Of a stretch of 59,916 nt of DNA, positions 51,870 to 59,916 are shown piece after piece. Below the pieces are notes generated by a model. The model was given only the letters and a program-made list of their open reading frames with translations. It made no database searches and had not been told where the DNA came from. This stretch comes from Aplysia californica (Eukaryota). The first letter of the stretch is position 1. Every line of letters starts with the position of its first letter. Made by a program: the position numbers and the translations under genes. The stretch is from positions 23,430-83,345 of the forward strand of contig NW_004798094.1 in NCBI RefSeq assembly GCF_000002075.1, in the 5' to 3' direction.

Positions 51870-52020
51870 TGTAGTGACTCTCCGAACACTCAATTAACTC
51901 ACAACACAGCAGCTGACATGATCATGACTTCGCACGGACCTGCGAAGTGCTCACACGAAAAACACCACCTTACCCGACTGTCCTACACGGACAGTCGAGT
52001 AGAAAACTCCGGTGAGTAAA
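51870..52020 (+). repeat. 3' LTR (terminal 11 bp missing), preceded by polypurine tract GGAGGGGGG
   Basis: 4 substitutions + 1 indel relative to the 5' LTR. Confidence 0.92.
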
Positions 52021-52319
52021 ATATAAGTATAATATTAGCGGCTTTGTATAAATACATGTGTATGCCCGATGCAATTTAGTGGCGCTCAAAAGGGAACTTA
52101 AAATGGGGGTTTTCGTGACAGAGAAAGAAAGAAAAATATGTATACAATGAAATGAAATAACAACAGTCTTGATAATTGGTTAGCGGAGGAGGATGGGACC
52201 AAGGAGGCCAAAGGCAACAGGTGGCACCCGAACGTCATCCAGCTACTGGTTGCAAGAGTGGACTTATAGAACACCAGGTGCCACTGAGTGTGAGAGTGGG
52301 ATGCGTAGAACAATTCTGT

Positions 52320-52715
52320 TTTCGCCCTTGTCCGAGAAGGCTTGGTGTAGATCTTTCCTATCATAAGATAAGGGGCGTGGCTGAAAGACAGCAGTAAGAA
52401 GGAGCCAAGGAAAAGCAGTAGAAAAGCTTGCAGAAAGAGGCAGGAGCCCAGAGGAGGGGGCAAATGAGTTGAGGGGGTTGGGGCAGAAAGTGGAGACGAA
52501 AGCAGACGACAGAACTTTCCTAGAGAGCAGGAAAGAGGTGAAAGGAGCCGTCGCTATCTCTGTCCCAGGGGTTTTATGCACCCCGCATAATTTATCAAAA
52601 AAATTTTGGGCTCAGTTTTCATCATTTCAGAATTGTTTTTCTCCACAAACCAGATTCGAACACGGGACCTATTTAATGAGAGGCGAACACCTTAACCTCC
52701 AGGCCACGAGAGCTC
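52320..52715 (-). mobile_element. SINE family 2 5' half, interrupted by a MITE fragment
   Basis: Body 52320-52550, head 52650-52715. Confidence 0.7.
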
Positions 52716-53779
52716 CTTTGCCTATCTCCGAAAGGACAAGATAAAATGGGAAACTTCGTGTAAGGTAAAGTGTCCTTCCTAAAGACACAACGCAGTCCGT
52801 CCCGAGTTGAGCCACAAAGCCCTTCTTACCCTGAACCTGTCCCCACGGCTTTATGAAAAAAAAAATCATGAAATTACGCAAACTGAGCCCAAAACTGTGA
52901 AATTATGCGATTCTGTTAATTTTAATAGAACAATAAAGGAAAATAATCAGAAATTGTGAGAAAAAAAATCAAATTTCGCTAAATTATGAGGGGTGCATAA
53001 AACCCCCGGGGACAGTTTAACCCACAATCTCACCATTTCGAGTCAGACTACGGTAGCCTAACCCCAAGACTACCAATGCCACCACACTTGCGGTGCGATA
53101 TGAACGACACGTCCTGTTAGACATTACATTAGAATGTCAATAACGACCTAAAAATAGCAAAAATGTAAAAACCAAAATAGACTCACGAGCGTGTGGCGTT
53201 ATCTCAGTCTGTTCCACCGCTCCGCAAGCTACATGAACAATGAAAGTTCCGGGTCAGTTTGAGAGGAGAAAAGAATTTATCAGCGAAATTGTCTTGCTGG
53301 TCAATAAGTAAGCCTTCCTCCTCGAAGATTGTTGCGAGCCTCGGTCTTTATACTGACTCTCTCTTCGACAATATAATGATAAGATGGATGATAGGGGACA
53401 TTATCAATCTATTTATAGGTGGAAAACTAGTCAAAGTTGTCTCGAACATACAGTTTGGCGCGAAGATGTTCTGAGATGACGTTGCGGCCGTGCACTTGTA
53501 GGGAGTGGATAATGTTCATAGCGGTTTTACAACTAATTTCAATAATACGCAGTTTTCTCATAAAGGTATGTAACTATTTTAAGTTGCATATATATTATTA
53601 TATGATATATATATGAAAAACTTTTTTTTCAATGAATAAACTAGGTGGACTAATAATATAGCGGATCATACCTTCACTCAGAGTCGTGCAAGGACTTTTA
53701 TAGGACAGAGTTTACAGAAAGTAAACACTGGATTGACAGGCCAACATTCGATGACGCAATCTCGAAGAGACATCGTCAT

Positions 53780-54345
53780 CATCATCCTCCGGTGCCTTGC
53801 CGACTTGCGTGGGCGATCATGGACCTCCACTTCACTCTTTCTTGTGTTGTAGCGATGGTGTCTGTCGTTCTTGCTGTTCCCAGTCATGTGGTCAACTGGT
53901 TCAGTATCTTTTCCCTTTGTCTGCTTCTATCTCTCTTTCCATCAAACTTGCCTGTTGTTACAATATGCTCCAATGCTTCTTTCCGCATTGTGTGTCCAAT
54001 GAACTTTGCCTGTCGCTATTTTTATGATATTCGTCACAGATCTATGCTGTCGTCTGCAATTTGCTTCAACAAAGGCTTCTTCATTAAATTTTGTTTCTTA
54101 GCTGTCCATTGGATACGCAGCATGCGTCTTATGAACCACAACTCTGTCTCCTCAGTTTTCCTTTCCAGCTATCTATTGATTGACCATGTTTGGCACCCGT
54201 ATAATAGGACTGGTCACTGGCTCTATGAAACTTTTCAGTACTCTTTTTCTTGTTTCCAGCTTGATGTTTGTAAGTATCAGTTTCATTTTGTGGAAGGTTG
54301 TTTTTACTTGGCAAATGCGGCTTTTAATTTCGGTGTGACATTCTA
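53780..54345 (-). mobile_element. RTE-clade LINE 3' fragment
   Basis: Minus strand LLYGCQTWSI, RRMLRIQWTAKK, GHTMRKEALEHIV; (GAT)n tail. Confidence 0.75.
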
Positions 54346-54429
54346 AAGAGTAATAACGGTATTTTCAGGGACTAAAACCTCGTTTCTTCAGGACTAAGTC
54401 CATCGACCTTTAGACTGGCAGTCTCTATT

Positions 54430-54760
54430 TGCCCCCTCCTCTGGGCTTCTGACTCTTTTTGCAGCCTTTCTACTGCTACTCCTTGGCACCTTCTTACTAT
54501 TGTCTTTCACCAACACCCCTAATCTTATGATAAGTAAGATCTACACCTAGCGTTCTCGGAAAAGGGCAAAAAATCTCGGAGGTCCTGTTTTCAAGTAGCG
54601 CACATTTCAATTTTGGTGATTGAAAATCGATAAGAGTGGGCTTCAGTCGCCACCAGGGCAAAATTAAAAATTTCTACCCACTGAAAATGTTTGGTGCGTC
54701 CTGCACGCTCATTTGATCTTATGCAGTTGTGAGCGCCGTAAAACACTAACCAAAAAATAA
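54430..54760 (+). mobile_element. SINE family 2, 5'-truncated copy
   Basis: Same body and tail. Confidence 0.8.
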
Positions 54761-54905
54761 TAATAAAATGGTCGCATTTTGCATTGTTTGGTAGGCAGGC
54801 TTTGGCCCCGCCAATCAGTTGCAATCTGGCCTGAGAAGGATACAACCTCCGAGCAGAAAGACCGTGATATCAGATTAAAGCTTCTCCCTACACAAGAATC
54901 GAACT

Positions 54906-55437
54906 GGGGGCTCTCGTGGCCTACAGGTTAAGGTGTTCGCCTCTCATTCAAAAGGTCCCGGGTTCTAATCCGGATACCAACGGAAAATTTTCTTTTCTAA
55001 AATTGTCTCCTTTCACATCCTTTCCTGCTCTCCAACGAAGTTTTGTCGTTTGCCTTTGTCTCCACTTTCTGCCCCCACCCCTTCACGTCCTTTGCCCCCC
55101 TCATCTGGGCTCCTGATTCTTTCTGCAGCCTTTCTACTGCTACTCCTTGGCTCCTTCTTGCTGCTGTCTTTCAGCCACAGCCCTAATCTTATGGTAGGTA
55201 AGATCTACCCCTAGCTTTCCCGGACAATGGCGAAAAATCTTGGTGGTCCCTTGTGCAAATTGTGCACGTTAAAGATACCTTGGTGGTTCAAAATAGATAA
55301 CAGTAGGCTTCGGCCTCAACCCGGGTAAAATTCAAAATTTCCTACCAACTGAAAATGTTTAGTGTGTCCTTATATATGTGCTCATATGACCTTATGCAGT
55401 TGTGAGCACCGTAAAACATTTTCCAAAAAAAAAAAAA
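54906..55437 (+). mobile_element. SINE family 2, full-length copy
   Basis: GGGGCTCTCGTGGCCTA head through A-rich end. Confidence 0.85.
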
Positions 55438-56659
55438 GGATTCGATCTCATGTATTCTGCGTGCAACAGCAGAGCATAATTATGTAACCACTGCACCACA
55501 GAGGCGAGTTCCCTAGTTTTGTCATCGTGAGCATAGATCAAAAATAAAAAAATCTATTCCATGGTCGTTTTAAAAAAGAACGAAGATTTCATAGTTCATA
55601 GTAACAAAATGTTGTTTTAATTTGTGATGCGTGCTAACGACATTTAAATTAGCTAATTTATTGTGCAAAAATCAACTTTAGGGTCAAATTTTTCGATTTT
55701 CCATTGATGCCGTATGCTGTATTCTTAAAATCTAGCATGCCTTTTGTTATTTTCATACTTATAAACTGTAAAAAAAAAATAAACATCACCTTAAAGCTCG
55801 AATACGTGAAACAACTCCTTTTGTCAGCACACTTCACATTTGGTTATTTGATCGACATCTTTGAGTAGCGATCTACTCAGCGCATAAATCTTCTTTGTTG
55901 CATGAAATCAATGAAGGGTGAAGGGTGGAGTTTTTGCAGAACACATTCGCGGGCAATGTAGCGATATACTCACACGCGTGCAGAGTGCTTCTTGTCTGGG
56001 AAAATAACTTGTGTCTTGTTCTTTAACTTTCTCGGACACAAGTAAGCGCAACTGTGGGTATTCTTTTATTTACTGTGTCAAAAGATTGAGTTTGGAATGA
56101 TAATGAAGTCTTTTTTATTACTTCTTGTCTTGGAAAATAACTTGTGTTGATCTGTTTCACTTTTTCGGAAACAAGTAAGTACAGCAGTTGTTTGCTTGTC
56201 TGTTGTTGTTTTTTTAATTGGGTCAAAAGATAGTTTGGAATGATATAAAGTAAAGTCTTTTATTTTTCGTTTATGTAGGTGATTTCAAACAAAGGCTTTT
56301 TGTGACTTTAATGGTAGGTTCCCTGAAGCGTAGGGAGACAGAACTAATGTAATCAGTTGCAATACCGTACATGAACCTATATCATGAAATACATGTATTT
56401 TACATGGCACACGAAAGCAAGCACACGNNNNNNNNNNNNNNNNNNNNNNNNNNNNNNNNNNNNNNNNNNNNNNNNNNNNNNNNNNNNNNNNNNNNNNNNN
56501 NNNNNNNNNNNNNNNNNNNNNNNNNNNNNNNNNNNNNNNNNNNNNNNNNNNNNNNNNNNNNNNNNNNAATATATGAATCACTGAGGGCAATATTATATTT
56601 CATCCAAATTATACATTTGCCCATGTTTATGTTTACCTATCAGAATGGTGAATTTTTTA

Positions 56660-57410
56660 AAAACCTAAGCCTTTGTCTTTAATTAATATGAATGTAGAAG
56701 TAGACAATTTTTGTATTATGCTATAGGTAAGCTTATATAGATATCAGGTATGACATGGCTTTTTCGTTTCTGTTCAGAGTTTCAGTTGACTTATATAGAT
56801 ACATACTCGAAAGAGCAATGCACATTGAACGCTTATTCTGACAATAGCCTTATACTAGATGGTTTACAAAAATATTAACCTAAGCCTTTGTCTTTAATTA
56901 ATATGAATGTTGAAGCAAATTATTTTTGCATTATGCTATAGATATGTAAATATCAGATATGACATGGCATTTTCGTTTCTGTTCAGTTTTACTGTGATTC
57001 TGAAAGGGAAAGTTTGTTTTATATTTTAATCGATTTGAAGACTGTCTTGCATGCACGGAAGTACAGAGTCACCTTCGTATTGAGTTTTAGATTTGTGTCT
57101 TCACCGTCGTATTACAGAAGATGTGGGTTGGAGTCCCGTTGACATAATTTGATATTATGTCGCATTTCCGTCGTACTCAGAATTGATTAAAAATGTTTAA
57201 GACCACAAGTAAAAAAATAAAATAAAAAGCATTATAAACGACCCATCACACCCCCTTTCCACGCAACATTTTACGATCGCGCAGCGGCAGATATGAACCT
57301 CTAAAAACAAAGAAAGAAATATATAAAAGAAGTTGATTTTTTTACCATCTAGTATAAGGCTATTATCAGAATAAGCGTCAGTGTGTATTGATCTTTCGAG
57401 TATGTATCTT
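56660..57410. repeat. Local duplication (56660-56780 vs 56877-56987) plus inverted partial copy (57340-57410 vs 56795-56865)
   Basis: AACCTAAGCCTTTGTCTTTAATTAATATGAATG occurs twice; CCATCTAGTATAAGGCTATT is inverted. Confidence 0.7.
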
Positions 57411-59473
57411 ATAACTCTTAATAAAGTCTTGTAATTAAATCCCTGCATGTGGTTGAATGAGGCATCTGATGTGATACCGATAATAAGTACTTTCTGTTAG
57501 CTTTACTTTTCCTTTCATAATATTGAACTTTAATGAGAGTAATATATAATTTAGATTTTTATGTTTATCTGCTTATTGTGTTTTTACTCTGATTTTTTTG
57601 GTGTTTTTTTTTTTTGGGGGGGGGGTAATCTAAACATTTCCACTGAGCAGGGCAGCTTTTTTTTTCATTCTTTTTTTCTTTTTTTTTAGTAGAAATAAAT
57701 TTTGAACGCTGCTTGAAAAGCAGTTTCGTTCCTAGCTTATTTTTCTTTAGATAAGGCACATCTTTATTGTCCAAATTATGGCACATTGNNNNNNNNNNNN
57801 NNNNNNNNNNNNNNNNNNNNNNNNNNNNNNNNNNNNNNNNNNNNNNNNNNNNNNNNNNNNNNNNNNNNNNNNNNNNNNNNNNNNNNNNNNNNNNNNNNNN
57901 NNNNNNNNNNNNNNNNNNNNNNNNNNNNNNNATGAAGTGCAGTAGTTATCATCAATAGCTCCCTTTTGATTTTGTTCGGCATTACTGTGTGGATTTTACT
58001 GGAAAAACAATGATTAAAGCTTTAAAAAATGTACATTTACAGTTTCCGAGGACTCTAAAGCTTTGGAAGTCTCCAAACATAGCAAAAAGTCCGGGTTTGA
58101 GCATCGGTTCAGACACGGATTTTGTTCGCCCCCTCCTGCCCACCCAGGAATAATGAATACCTGACTTCGAGTTGGGGAAGTAAAGGCGGCGTGGAAAGAA
58201 ATTGGCCACCCTACCACAATATTATGCCGAAGGCCCAGGAAGTTGTCTCACTAACAAGGCCATCCCCCAATGTCCGGATCGGATGCGGGAACAACTTTAC
58301 GTTACTGAAGAGTAACTTTCAATATAGTAACACACATAATAAGTGTCACGACGAGGTGGAAACAGGTGCTCGTCAATTTTGGGGCAAATAGAGTTATTAG
58401 TATCGTCTTAAAGTTTGTTCATTTGTCTTGCTTTCGTGGAAAAATTATCGATCTAACTTCTATAGAAGTCGAGATATGTCCGATTGAAGGTGGGGGTCAC
58501 CTAGTTTCAGGTTTAAATTAACGATAAAATGGCTGCCAAAGTTTGGAGACTTCCAAAGCTTTAGAGTCCTCGGAAACTGTAAATGTACATTTTTTAAAGC
58601 TTTAATCATTGTTTTTCCAGTAAAATCCACACAGTAATGTACTTTTAAATAGACATGAAAGGTGTTGAGCCAAAAAATAATACTTCGATAAAAATTGCCA
58701 AACGGGAAGAGAAATGCCTTTTTTTTCAATTTCATTATTTTGACAAACGCCTGATTTCACCACAATGCCTTGCCTATTGGTCACAGGTGTGCCCAGTGAC
58801 GTCACGGTGTCCACCATTGATTGGTAAACGCTATCTGCCACTAGCCCTGTTTACTTTAGCCAGGGATCTATAGAGGCATGAGACGACGGCAGTATCAAAA
58901 TTGCATAATTTTATATAAGGAGTACTTTTTTTTCTTTAGTTTTAGCAAGGTTTTACGGCGCTCACAAATGCATAAGATATCATATGAGCGCCAAGGGTTG
59001 GGTGTCAACAGGGAAGTCCAAACGGGGGAATCAGGCTTACTCTCTTCCCCTCTCTAGCCTCAACAGCACTAAGTCTGCTTCGACTATCAAGGCACCCTGG
59101 AAATATTAATTCACAAGAGACAAACTTACAAAAGAAAGGAAAAATGACAATAGTAAGGATGGCCAAAAAAAATCAGCAATTTTCCCTATGTTGTTCCGGC
59201 ACCGTATGAGCATGGCATTGATAAATGAGCCCATTTACAATTCTACTGTGGATAAGAACATGGTAATACCCCCTCCCCCTTTTTGGGAATGGTCTGAAGA
59301 CAACTCTGGGACTCTCGTGATCTTGACTACAACGACAAAGATCAAATGGCACAAGTTTGAGAAAGCCTTTCCAAGATGCTGACTGTAAAAGAGTTCTTCA
59401 TCAGGATTGTCCTCGAGACGCTGGAATGTCCGGTGAAATTCTCCTCTGGGTTCTCTGGGGAAAAAATGCTCTC

Positions 59474-59535
59474 GTGAGACATGAGACATGAGGCATGAGA
59501 CATGCGGCATGAGGCATGAGACATGAGGCGTGAGT
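59474..59535. repeat. (CATGAGR)n heptamer microsatellite
   Basis: Direct reading. Confidence 0.85.
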
Positions 59536-59916
59536 TTCTATGGCCAGGAAACTTAGATGTAAAAACCGTAACTCTATAATAATATAAATCTGCACGTGTT
59601 GCTTTGTAAAGAGTCGTTGACGTATTGGCAATCGAAAAAGTGAAGCCTGCCTGAGTTAAAAACCAATACCCTTAAAAAAAAATTAATCGCAGCAATGAGC
59701 ACAGCATATTGATTAATGTAATATATATATATCGGGGTGGAATAATGTGGAAATTTATATTATCGATTAAGAAAATGTGTATGAAGCAAGAGAAAAAAAA
59801 TTGTCTGTAAATATGCATTACGTAAGAAAAATGTGCTGAGGAAATGTGTATTACGCGACATGAATGTAATATATCATAGAAAAAAATATAGTTCTATATG
59901 CATATATATATATATA

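Larger units (their letters stand above)
47398..52020 (+). mobile_element. Gypsy/Ty3 LTR retrotransposon, CsRn1 clade, decayed but near full length
   Basis: Paired LTRs, PBS, PPT. gag (KLPTFW..PEAWFAQ; CFYHHRFGSNAQKC CHCC-type motif), protease (IDTGAQVS), RT ([19 protein letters not shown]), RNase H (DHKPL), integrase (HPG..C..C, HVDFVGP, SNGLIER) in Gypsy order; several frameshifts/stops. Confidence 0.95.

Overview
AT-rich, repeat-dense eukaryotic (invertebrate; gastropod-mollusc-like by inference) genomic window with several N-gaps. Hand-splicing gives three genes. (1) The last two coding exons of an SLC5A/SGLT-family sodium:solute symporter (+, 1010-2884). (2) A complete 8-exon WDR38-like WD40 gene (-, 24193->13098, about 603 aa) with a ~290-aa low-complexity insertion in the propeller. 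(3) A complete 8-exon PSMD5 (proteasome assembly chaperone S5b; +, 24967-39830, about 502 aa), head-to-head with WDR38. PSMD5 intron 3 holds a 2.0-kb CAC...GTG-terminated DNA transposon whose decayed minus-strand ORF carries a RAG1-N-terminus-like zinc motif (Chapaev/N-RAG-TP type). The 3' part contains a nearly complete decayed CsRn1-clade Gypsy LTR retrotransposon (47398-52020) interrupted by a SINE. The rest is several SINE families, RTE/I/Penelope/Tc1 fragments, several MITE families and mini/microsatellites. All family and gene assignments come from recalled sequences; no searches were run.
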